From: Eledone cirrhosa
Taxonomy: Eukaryota
Length of the DNA: 64,000 nt
NCBI GenBank assembly: GCA_964016885.1
Contig: OZ024765.1
Location: 7,068,001 to 7,132,000, forward strand
Reading direction: 5' to 3'
The translations under genes and the position numbers were made by a program. Below are positions 50,446-62,494 of this stretch, piece by piece. Every line of letters starts with the position of its first letter. Position 1 is the first letter of the stretch. The notes under the pieces are model-generated. The model was not told where the DNA came from. It was given only the letters and a program-made list of their open reading frames with translations, and did no database searches.

Positions 50446-51070
50446 CTAGGGTGGGTAAAATTCCTGAGATCCATGGACGAGTTCTCTCCAGCGGTCTCTG
50501 TCCCTCATTATCGCTGCCATGTCCTGCGTCTCCAACAGACCAGTGCCTGTCCTTAGGGCATCAACATACGTTAACCTTGGTCTTCCTCTTCCAGGGTGTC
50601 CATGTAGGGGCTCCCACAAGAGCACTGAGTGCAATGTCAACTCTGGATGTCGGTAAGCATGTCCAGCTAACCTCAGTCTCCTCTGTGTCACTTTTGAGCT
50701 GTCTTTTGGGAGGCTCCCATACAGCTATGAGTTTTTCATCCTCAGTGTATACTGATTAATGTTCAGAGCCATCCTCAGCATTCTCGTGTAGCACCCATCC
50801 ACCATCTGGTAGAGAATGTTGAGAAGCCAGAGGGGATCACTAATGTAGGCGGGAAGCCGCTAGAATTGGTTGAGGACTTCCTGTATTTGGGAGCAAAGAT
50901 TGGGAATACGGATGATGATGTGGTTGAGAGGAAGAGCAAAGCTTGGGCGGTGTGCCACAGCTTGAGATCGTGTGGAAGTCGGACCTTCGTGAAGACCTGA
51001 AAATCCGCCTCTTTATTGCTGTAGTGGAGTCTGTGCTGCTGTACGGGTCTGAGACTTGGACACTGACCAA
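50446..51070. mobile_element. RTE-like LINE 3' fragment with inverted 5' portion
   Basis: Minus ~50810->50446: DGCYTRMLRMAL..QRRLRLAGH..GRPRLTY. Plus ~50840->51070: VEDFLYLG..VESVLLYGSETWTLTK. Confidence 0.8.
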
Positions 51071-51639
51071 GTATTGCAATTGCTTGTCAAATTCACATGC
51101 GTGACGCTCAGATATGGCTTTTCAAGCCTGCTAAAGACTTGCACTTCCTGGTACATTGACGACAACTATAGATCTCCTTGGTCTCAGGGCTTGCATCAGG
51201 TTGCCTGTGAACCATCACATGCCGCTTCAGTCGTGCTATAGATCAACATTCTTTGCCACATTCATTTCATTTTTCAATACCTTGGAGATCATAATTCCCT
51301 GGTTATCTCTGAATATGGCTGTGACTGTGGCTCCTGAGACCAGATTTGCTCAAGCACATCTTTCCACACTCAGGACACACCAATTCAATGGAGACACCGA
51401 TTGTTTCATGAGATACACCAGGGCATTTCTTACGCACATCCAGTTTGATTTTCTCACGTTCTATGCGTCTGTTCTCAAAATTATGGACGCCATCATTCAA
51501 TCATTCTACGTCAAATTTCTCTTTCAAGAGCTTCTATCTCCCAGTCAGCCACCATCAAACCATTTTTTTTTCAATAACTCTATATATATATATAATCCAT
51601 TTTCGTATAATTTTTATATGTCATCACACAGCCAACTTA

Positions 51640-51860
51640 AGTGGCTTTCGAAACGTTTGGGGGAGTCGGGCTGCTGACTGCGAGTTTCCTCTCTTCAATG
51701 GCGGCTCGCCTAATAGAGGTAACTGGCGAATCTCGCGAGGGCGCTTGGTTGTTCCAGCGCATCAGCCTCGCCATCACCCGAGGCAACGTTGCTTGCCTCA
51801 AAAATCATTAGAGAGGTTGTCACATTACTCCCCGCGACGCTGTTGTCCACCCCTTCCTTT
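51640..51860. promoter_or_regulatory. CpG-rich candidate promoter
   Basis: Local CpG/GC-rich patch with TCTCGCGAG (51731-51739) and X-box-like ATCACCCGAGGCAAC (51773-51787), upstream of CATIP. Confidence 0.35.
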
Positions 51861-53571
51861 ATATATTCTTTAATATTTCAACGTTAAAGGCATATATCCT
51901 TCTGAAAGAATCGCGAGCAATTTATAATGTTATCTAAGCATTTGTAATGTTATTTAAAACATATTTGTTATGTTACCCCCCAGTAAAGGAATACAAGCAT
52001 ACTAAAACACGAAGACGGAGAAGAAATACTCACTCACGCATATATCTATATATACATACTTATTGTCATATACACACATACTGACATACATACATACATA
52101 AATATTGACATACACATACATATACTCATTCATACATACACACGAATATATATATACATACACAAAAGCCAAACGCTAAAGGTGTTAATATATATAAAAG
52201 GACAGCTTACCAGAGATACCGAAGAAAACAAAAAAATAAACACTAAGAGGTGTTTAACAGTTCCCAAGTGATATATCCATATGTATGTATGTGTGTGTAT
52301 ATATGTGTGTGTATGTGTGTGTGTTTAACGTGGGTAGGTGTGTGGTTGTGCGTAGGTGTGTATGGTCGGAAAACAGCGGAAGGATTCTTCACCAAAACTC
52401 TACAGGTTTAACTCGCTCCGTTCTAACAATGGTAAACTTTGTCTATCTCTCTATCTGTCTGTCTTGTTAAACTCCAAATATTTATGTTATGTAATTAAAT
52501 AGCCAAACCTTGGTCACTATAGCAATGATGTTAGCGTCACTAACCGGTGTAGACGGAAAAGGAACTCCGAAATTTAAAAAAAAACGCGTTTTCAACACTT
52601 CAGGATTATCTCCCCTATCGAAGAAACTAAAAAAAAAAACTAACACATTGTTTTTTTTTCCGTTTCTTTTTCTACATCAAGATTTATTTTACGAAGCGTT
52701 CATAGGCTCCATGAAGAAGTTATGCTAGAGCTGTGAAATCTTAATTTCAATTCTTCTTATTAATAACTGCATTATTTCTTTCCAGGGACTATGTTACAAA
52801 ATAAATCTCATTTCGTCATTCCATGAGAGTATCTTGGTCAGTTTATGAACTTTTCAGCCGAGTCACGTATATATCATCATCTTGGCAGTATCGGTAGAGG
52901 GTCGGACGCCATGCTTTGAAGCATAGAGTTACCCCCCTTTATAATCTGAGTTCAAATCCCGCCGAGGTTAACTTTGCCTTTCATCCTTACGGGGTCGATA
53001 AAATAAAGTACCAGTCAGGCACTGGCGTAATTGCTGGCCTTGTGCCAAAAGTAGAAACAATTATTTTAATGTCCGATTCCAGCTTAACCCCAAAGTCCTC
53101 CATGTCTTAACTTTAGACACCTTTACTGTCTCTGCTGCGATTCTTCATGCCTGCTTCTACCTCAAGTATGAGAAGGAGGACATATTTCCATGCTAAACTT
53201 TGTAGGCCTCCTTCTTTGCTCATGATTGAACCAAGGGGTTCCTCTGCCATTTGGTGCCAAACGAAGACTCTTTCGCACGCAGCATTTAATAACTGAAGCA
53301 GAAACTGCTAAATTGAACAATCTCTGAATTTGGTTGCAATAGTATCTGCATAGCTAATCTTTACTTCCTTATTTACCAACGGTTCCCACTTTATCCGGTA
53401 AGTCAACATGGATCTGCTAGTTTTGTGGGCTTCTTTGACTTGAGGTAGACTCAAGTTGCAGATAACTAGATGCATATATATTTATCTATGTGCACACACA
53501 CACACACACACACACACACAGTGAAAGAGTGAAGAATAACATGGTCGGCTGTACAAAAAGGGTTTTATTTA

Positions 53572-53686
53572 CAGTATTAACAATTGTTTCATTGATCAGG
53601 TGAGTCTAAAGGCCGCTAATCACTCGAAGTTGCGTCACTCGACCTTAAATACAGTGTATGTCTCTGATCAAATCATCGGAATACTG
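53572..53686 (-). ncRNA. Type I hammerhead motif, CCGAUGA core variant
   Basis: CAGTATT-CCGATGA-T-TTGATCAG...CTGATCAA-T-GAAAC-AATT-GTT-AATACTG, followed by AATAAA. Confidence 0.7.
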
Positions 53687-54650
53687 GAGGGTGTAACACA
53701 GGGCACTGGTATCTATAGATACATCGGAGAATCAAGTGAATGAAAACAATAACACCAATAATAAAAGATAGTAAACAATAATAAAAGTATAAAGAAGTAA
53801 AAATTAAAAAGTTAACCTCGGCGGGATTTAAACTCAGACCATAAAGGGACGAAGCTCTATGCCGTAAAGCATAGCGTCCGACCCTCTACTGATACTGTCA
53901 AATAATGGTTTCTTATGTAGGCACAATTATGTGCCAGTAATTTGGGGGAGGGGAAAGTCGATTAAATCGACCCCAGTGCCTGACTGGTACTTTATTTCAT
54001 CGACCCCTTAATGATGAAAGGTAAAATTAACATCGGCAGGATTTTAACTCAGACCGTAAAGGGACGTAACTCTATGCGTCAAAGCATGGCGTCCGACCCT
54101 CTACCCTCTCTGCCAAATAATAATAATAATAAAATTATATATATATATATATATACACACACGCACACACACATATCTATATACACATATCTATATACAC
54201 ATATACACATACCCCCCACACACACACGCTTATTTATACATGCAAACAATAACAATTAACGGTGCTGCGATGGAATGTGGTTTTTTAGCCCAGCCAATGA
54301 TCTAAAATATCTTGCACAGAGTTGGCAACCAAAACATTCACTGGCTGTGGTTGGAGTTCATATACAATATATACATACATATTTACATACATATATGAAT
54401 ATATACATATATATATATATACATATATATATATAAACATATATATATATGTATGTTTTATAAACATCTAAAATAAATTTTCCATGCAGTAAAGTGTCAA
54501 ACATATCTTTCAAAGACGATTTAAAATGTCATAAACAAATTAAATTTTCTCCGAATTTTTTCAATTAATATTTTGTATTCATAGTAAAACTACAATTATT
54601 TAGTTTTTTAAATCTCATCAATGCTCATTTGTATTGTCCTTAATGTTATA

Positions 54651-55905
54651 CTTTGTGTCAACCCTTGCTCTTTCGCTTTTTGTGGAAGGGACGCGCTCCG
54701 ATGGTTAGGCGGTCCATCTGCTGTCAACACCCGCTACGTGGAGGGCTGGGCATGCCGTGGCTGATGATGCGCAGACACGCGCTCAGGCTACGACATCTCC
54801 ACCTCTTCCTCGACGCGACGGTGATCAGGTGTGGTCGGCGTTTGCTTGACGCGTGTTTCCCCAGCTCGTCTCCTTGACGGAGCTGCAGTCCTGGGTCAAG
54901 CGAAGACCGAGAGGGAGCGCTTAGAGACTGGAATGTCTTCAGGCAGCGCTCACAGCCCTCGACCAGTCGGGCAATGTGATCAGTGGAAACTCTACCTCGG
55001 CGTTCTACAGAGGATTAGTGGAGGAGAAGAGCGACGACGTACTTGGGGAAACTCTAGGCGTCGACGAAAATCAACTAGCCAATCTCTTCGGAAGAACTTT
55101 CGGGCCGGGGCCTATGGCCAACTTCCAGAAACCCCTGGCCTGGCAGTGCTACCGACGAGTTTTGCCAGTTCGGGATAAACTCTACAGGCATGGAAGTGCC
55201 GTCAGCCGGGCATGTCCGAGAAGCGCGCAGGGCGACGAAACCGTCCTGCACGCACTTGTCCAGTGTCTGAGCATTGCTGACTTGTGGGTTTATGTCGAAC
55301 ACCTGCTGTCGCGTGTAGAACGGATCCGGCTATCAGCTGAGTCCATCGTGAGGATTGCCCCACCCCTCTTCTTTTAGCCGGGAAGGGCAGGCAGTTTTTA
55401 TCTGTCTGGTGGCCATGGCGAAAGAGATAGTATGGTGGATGCATTTGAAAGGGCTGAAGACGAACACTTACCTCTTCGGTGATGTCCTGATTAACTTTTT
55501 CAAATTTCATTTGAAAAGGAAAATCAGGGTAGAGAGGGAAGTACTCTCTTCCCAGTATTTTGTTGAAAGATGGGTGAGAGAGGCAAGAATGGCCCGAGTG
55601 AATGGGCCTACTCTGAGTATGTGCCTGTAAATTGAAAGTGGAAAACTGGGAGAGGGCACTTGCCCTGGTGGTCAGGGTCACCGTGGCTTTTTTAATGGGC
55701 TTTCTCCACGAATGTCCCTCGGAAGTCTCCCCCCCCCCTATTGGGGAATTTTTCATTGTTTCTCTTTTGTTACATCCTGTTTTTTTTTTGTTTTGGTTTT
55801 TTTTACACGCAGAAATGTCCATTTGTACCATCCTGTACTGTCCTTAATGTCTTACTTTGTGTAAACCCTTGTGGTTAATAAAGACATTTTATTATTATTA
55901 TTATT
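54651..55905 (+). mobile_element. Tx1/L1-like LINE 3' portion (frameshifted ORF2 end, zf-RVT-like knuckle, AATAAA, (ATT)n tail)
   Basis: LFRFLWKG..GGLGMP; LPVRDKL..ACPRS..ETVLHALVQC; AATAAA at ~55877 then ATT repeats. Confidence 0.85.
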
Positions 55906-55912
55906 GCTATAT

Positions 55913-56103
55913 AGGCGGTGGATTGGCAGTATTGGTAGAGTGTCGGATGCCATGCTTTGGCGCATAGAGTTACGGCCCTTGCCATTCTGAGTTCAAATCC
56001 CGCCGAGGTTAACTTTGCCTTTCATCCTTACGGGGTCGATAAAATAAAGTACCAGTAATACACTAGGTAATTGCTGGCCTTGTTCCTAACGTAGAAACAA
56101 TTA
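55913..56103 (+). mobile_element. Abundant tRNA-derived SINE (representative copy)
   Basis: GGCGGTGGATTGGCAG..GAGTTCAAATCCCGCCGAGG..GCCTTTCATCCTTACGGGGTCGATAAAATAAAGTACCAG..; more than ten copies, e.g. ~23207, 30290-30680, 36010-36460, 40415-40810, 52882, 53810-54115, 58630-59000. Confidence 0.88.
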
Positions 56104-56899
56104 TTATTGCTATTATGTCTTCTTCAGAATGAATTCACACAAAACACTATCTGTTTGGTCGATCCTCTACTGGTTATGTCAGTTTTACTGGCGCCTTCAA
56201 TGCTCTACCGACTATAAATATATTCTGACACTTTAACCCTTTAGCATTCATATTACTCTATATATACTATTGTATTTTCGTAGTAAAGGCTTTATCTCAC
56301 ATAATTATCTCACATAATATCGAATCTATGAGATTTTGATATTATTTATTTTGAGAACATTACGTTAACATAAGTATGAGTGGCTGGTTTGAACAGAAAG
56401 TGGTGGAAGAATTCTGGTAGAATACGGCTGGTTTAAATGCTAAAGGGTTAAACAGCAGTACCAATTAGCCAGCCACCAATACTCTGACGCTCTGCCGACC
56501 GTATCAATTAGCCAGCGAATTGATTAGAAAGTGTAACGAAATACAGAAGTAAAATTGAAAAGATACATTGTGCAGTGGTTGACACCAGAGGTAAATTGTG
56601 GTGTTGTCAGACATGTCTGATGAGGGGCAGACAGAAGAAGGCAAAGAAGAAGAACTTTATTTATCGACCTTAGAAATCAAACGTAACACGCGCGCGTGCG
56701 CGTGCGTGTATGTGTGTGTGTTTCTTGTATGTATGTGTGTGTATGTATATGTGTATGGATGGATGTGTGTATATGTCTCGATGTATGTGAAGTGTGTGTA
56801 TGTCGTGAGTGAGTAAGAGAGATAGAGAGTGCGAGAGAAAAAGAGGAGAGATAGAGAGATGAGGGAGAGAGAGCGAGAGGAGATGGAGTGAGCGAGAGT

Positions 56900-56944
<45 letters not shown>

Positions 56945-57344
56945 AAGGAGAGAGAGAGGGAAGGAGAGAGAGCGTGAGGAAACAAGGAGAGAGAAGGAGA
57001 GAGAGAGTGTGTGTGTATCTGTGTGGCAGAGTGTATGTATGTGTATGGCAGAATGTATGTGTGTGTGTGTGTGTCAGCGCGTATGTATGTATGTGTCTGC
57101 ATGAAAGTGCATGTATGTGTATGTGTTTATTGTACAATGTAAACAAACCGTATTTAATTGCTGAAAGCTGGAGACCAACCGCTGCGCATGCTCAACAGAA
57201 CAACCTGATCGTGCACCTTGTGTGTGTGTCTGTGTGTATTTATATGTGTGTGTGTGTGTGTATGTGCATTTATATATATATATACACACATAAATATATA
57301 TAAAAACACATGCATACATAAATACATACACATACAAATATATA

Positions 57345-58435
57345 GGGATGTCTGCTCTGTCGAGGGCAGAAGCTAGCTATATAGCTACACACTACAACAG
57401 CAACGCTGCCGGGCCACCACTACAGAATCAGAGACTCTAGACTGGACGACTGAGGGCAGCAGAAGCTAGCTATATAGCTACACACTGCAGCAGTACTGCT
57501 GGGCCACGACCACAGAAAAAGCGACCCCACAGAGGACGATCGAGGGCAGAAGCTAGCTACATAGCTACACACCCCAGGAGCACATAAAAAAAGAGAGCCA
57601 CCCTACACATATTGCAGTCATCCTGAAGATGTCCAGCACGCACCCCCCACACAACAGCCAGATCTTGATGTCGAGGGATCACACAACACATACTAGTGCT
57701 GTACTCGAGCCTACATACGCAACAACAACAGCAAGCCTATTATAGAGCAGAAATTGTAGTTTTCTAAGGGCTCGCACAGCACGCATCAGAACTGTCCTGC
57801 GGCTTCGTACACAACTACGCAACAGCGATCGCAGTTATCCTAGGATTTACACAAAGCATATTAGAGCTGAATTGTGACTACACAGCACATACCAGTGCTG
57901 TCCTGGGACTTCATACACAACCACACAAGTCAACTACGCAACAGACATCGTGGTTATCCTAGGGCCCACACAATACAGACCAGAGCTGAATTGGGATTCC
58001 ACGGCACATATCAGTGCTATCCCAGGGCTACAGGCACACCGTTATCCTGGTCCTTACTCAGTACATATTAAACCTGAACTTGGGCTACACGATACAATAT
58101 CAGAGCAGTCCTGGAGCTCACGCTGTACAGAGCAGAGCTGAACTGGGGTTACACGATATAAACCAGCGCTGCCCTAGGACTACATACACACCACATACCT
58201 GAGCTACTTACACAACATATATTGCAGTTATCCTAGGGCTCACACAATGCAGAGCAGAGCTGAATTGGGGCTTCATACACAACGCATACCAGTGCTGTCC
58301 TGAGCCTTATACACAACGCATATCAGTGCTGTCCTAGGACTTCATACACAATCACACGAGCCAACTACGCAACAGAAGCCTCAGTTATCCTATGATTCAC
58401 ATCACATACCAGCGCTATCCTGGGGTTTCAAACAC
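57345..58435. repeat. Degenerate tandem repeats (~90-105 bp x3, then ~33-40 bp units)
   Basis: GAGGGCAG..AAGCTAGCTATATAGCTACACAC at ~57362, 57452 and 57542; CATAYCAGTGCTRTCCTRGG..ACACAA units downstream. Confidence 0.7.
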
Positions 58436-59375
58436 AACAACAACAACAAAATCAAGCTTTTACATTCCTAATATCACAGAAAACATCAAACGAGAGGAAT
58501 TAATCAGCAGAAGACGGCGATAACAACAACAAAAACGACACAACTAAATGAATTCAATTAATTAATTGAAATAAAATAATCATTATTTCTACATTTTATT
58601 TTAAAAAGGGAAGAAAATAACATTATCATTATTGGCAGTATTGGTTGAGGGTCAGACATGTTTTCCAGCGTAGTTACGTCCCTTTACGGACTGAGTTCAA
58701 ATCCCGCCGAGGCTAACTTTGCCTTTCACCCTTACAGGGGTCGATAAAATAAAGTACCAGTAATGTACTGGGTAATTGCTGGCCTTGTGCCTAAAGTAGA
58801 AACAATTATTACTATCATCAAGGGCGGTGGATTGGCAGTATAGGTAGAGGGTCGGACGCCATGCTTTCCAGCATAGTTACGTCCCTTTACGATCTGAGTT
58901 CAAATACCGCCGAGGTTAACTTTGCATTTAATCCTGACGTGATCGATAAAATAAAGTACCAGTAATGCACTGGACTTGTGCCTAAAGTAGAAACTATTAT
59001 TATCATCACCATCATCAACAACAGTAATAATAAATTAACAGATGATCAGCGAAGATGGTAAAAACGAAAGTGTCTTCGTTTTTCGTCAACGTTTTCCAGG
59101 GTTATTTTTTTCTTATTTACATCTGTTTGTGTTTGTATGAAAGACGTTCTGCCTATGTTCTTCTTGAAAAATTCTCAATCAGAGAAATTGCTTTAGAAAC
59201 TTTATATTGTTGTTGTTATAGTAGTTGGTCATCTTGTTAGTTGTTGTGAAGATGATGATGTCGGTATTATATTGTACACCCTTGTAGTAAGATAATGGTG
59301 CCAGTGATGACTTTCATTGAAATTTTGATTATTTGATAACCTCTCACATACTTAAACCACAACGAAAAATAACTT

Positions 59376-59423
<48 letters not shown>

Positions 59424-59450
59424 CATATACAAACACATACATATATACAC

Positions 59451-59527
<77 letters not shown>

Positions 59528-59753
59528 TGACGAAGGTCCAATCGCCATGGTGAAAGTGGAACTGTGCAGCCTTACCCCAATTCCCTCTAAATAACCCTCC
59601 CGGTCAAAGCCGCACGTAGTGTTATCTAGTGTCTGTGTGTGTCTACGATTTAGTAAGCAGCCAAAATTCTGCTTGCTTCAACCGACGCAATTGATCAACT
59701 CAAGATTCTATAACGCATGCACTGTATGCGTTGCATGCACGCACCCTTCGCCG

Positions 59754-59791
<38 letters not shown>

Positions 59792-60690
59792 TATACACAC
59801 ACACATATACGTCAGATCAACGGGAGAACTTTGATAACCCCACTACTATTTAAAGCCTCAAAGAAAAAAAAAATTTATTATATATATATATAGAGAAATA
59901 TATATAATAATAAATGTGAAGACTAAAATCCGAAGAGGGCTCAATAAGGATAATATATATATATAAAGACCAGGGAGCAAATTATCCCGTTTAGAGTGAA
60001 AGCAGCGATTCTTTCCTTCAACTTTAATCTGTTTTAATATATATATAAAGCATCGTACCAACTGGAGCACTTCTGTTAGTGTTTATTGTCAACTGTGCTT
60101 ACAACAGAGAGAGAGAAACCTGTGTCCCGACATATAGACAACATAATACCGTCTATATATTGTAAGTATATAATACATTTATATATGATTTCTTAATACA
60201 TATACCAACATTTTATTGCTATATAATAAATACAAATATATAAGATTGACCTGAAATACATATATATTTGTGTGTGTGTATATACATCATTTTTTCTATT
60301 GTTCGATTTCGGAGAGGAAATCCGGAATGTTTCATGTTTACATACCTAAATATCTAAATTAAATTGTTTTAGGAAACTAAGTGGTTGAGTTGTTATAAAT
60401 GTCGGATCGGATAGAGAAATACTTTGCAGTATTCGTTTCGTTTCTCTGCGCCCCGAGTTCGAATTACGCTTGTACTGTTCATGCTTTAGAGGTCGATGAA
60501 AACAAAGGATAAAAATATCAGTCTTGTACTAGAGTTCCACTCTTCTTTCTCTCTCTCAATTAATTTAAATAGCAAAATAATTATTATCATTAACAATAAT
60601 AAATTAGTAGATGATCATTTTTTTTCCTAATTCGATGTTCAAAATATTTTAGTTCTCCCCCCTCTCTCTCTCTCTCTATATATATATATA

Positions 60691-60764
60691 CAGGGTGTCC
60701 CAAAAATGTATACACACTTTTATTAGAATGCTATTGAAGTGTGTATACATTTTTGGGGACACTG
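60691..60764. mobile_element. 74-bp Tc1/mariner-type mini-MITE
   Basis: TA|CAGGGTGTCCCAAAAATGTATACACACTT...AAGTGTGTATACATTTTTGGGGACACTG|TA. Confidence 0.75.
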
Positions 60765-61009
60765 TATACGTATATCATCATCATCATCATCATCGTTTAA
60801 TGTCCATCTTCCATGCTAGCATGGGTTAGACAGTTGTGTTCCATTTGATGCGGGAATGGTCGGGAGACCATGTCTCGCTCGTACGGAAGTGTCTCTGGCA
60901 GGTTTTCTACAGCTGGATGCCCTTCCTAACACCAACCACATTTACAGTGTGGCCTGTTGTGTCATCGACACAGTGGACAGGGATGATGGGAGTAGGGTGT
61001 GCTTCCTTA

Positions 61010-62494
61010 ATGTCAACGGTTAAAGACTTAATTACTGATCCGTCTCCTGAGGCTACTTATAACAGTGTCAAAAAAGAAATTCTCCAACGTACTTCTCTCT
61101 CTGCTGAGAAGAAGTTCTGTAATTTGGTGAACGACGACATCTCGGCGATCGTAGGCCTACTCAGCTCTTATGTAAGCTGACAGAGCTCGCGGAAGACTCA
61201 CCAGCCGACAGTGTCATGATTAAACAGCTATTTTTCTCAAGGCTGCCTCCTAATGTGTAAGCCATTTTGGCACCAATGACGGAAACCAGTTCAGCGGATC
61301 AGTTGGCTTCATCTGCCGATAAGATCGTTGACTGCAGCATTTGGCCTTTGAAGCTTTTAAAAGAGAAACCTCCTCTCTCATGTTATCACTACAAGCTATC
61401 AACCATTCTGCTATCCTTACATATGGACAAATCTCTCGCTCTTTGGACCTGGATTTACGTAGAGATTTCTCTTGGATTTTTACCACAGCGGATTTGCCAT
61501 ATCCTATACTGGGTGCCGATTTTTTGCATCATTATAATCTAATGGTTGATATGTGGACACGTCGTTTATTAGACACAACTACGTGTCTAGACGTACTTCA
61601 GTAATCCAGTCTACCACTCCAGTCTTCTTCATCGCTGCTTAGGATGACCCTTATCATGCGCTTTTACATTCCTTTCCGGAATTAACTAATCTGAACTTTG
61701 CGATAGATACCCCTACTCACTCTACCAAGCATTTTATTGAGACTAAGGGTACTCCAATATTTTCACGCCCGCGTCTCCTTTCTCCAGTAAAATTGAAAGC
61801 GGCTAAGGCAGAGTTTAATCATATGCTGCAGTTGGGTATCGTTCGCCCTTCTTCCAATCCGTGGGCCTCGCCTTTGCATATGGTTCCAAAATGTTCGGGA
61901 GACTGGCGTCCAACTGGAGATTTTCGGAGATTAAATTTGATCAGTGTGCCTGACCATTATCCGATTCCTCATATCCAGGATTTTGCTTCTCCGTTTCATG
62001 GATGTACTATTTTTTTCTAAATTGGACTTGAACAGAGCCTATCATCAAATTCCTGCGAATCCTGTGGACATTCCTAAAACTGCTGTCAGTACACCTTTCG
62101 GTGCATTCGAGTTTTTAACAATGCCTTTTGTATTACGCAATGCTGCTAGTACCTTCCAGCGATTTATGGACGAAGCCGTCCGTGACCTAGACTTTGTATA
62201 TTGTTACATCAACGATATTCTCATCGCGAGTGCTTCACCGGAGGCCCATAGCTCGCACCTCTGCCAACTGTTTGGACAATTTAGGCAGTACCAAGTTTTA
62301 TATTAACCCTGCGAAGTGTATTTTCAGTGCTACTTCACTCGTGTTTTTGGGCCACGTGATTAACTCTGAGGAAATATTCCCACTTCCTGAGAAAGTGAAG
62401 GCTCTTCAGAAACTCCCTCCACCTACTTCCTTGCGGCAGTTCCTGGGCCTCCTAAATCATTATTGTTGGTTTATCCCGCATTGCACAGAACTCT
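61010..62494 (+). pseudogene. Ty3/Gypsy gag-pol remnant
   Basis: Gag-like DLITDP..YNSVKKEIL; PILGADFL; RT motifs [60 protein letters not shown]; many stops and frameshifts. Confidence 0.92.
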
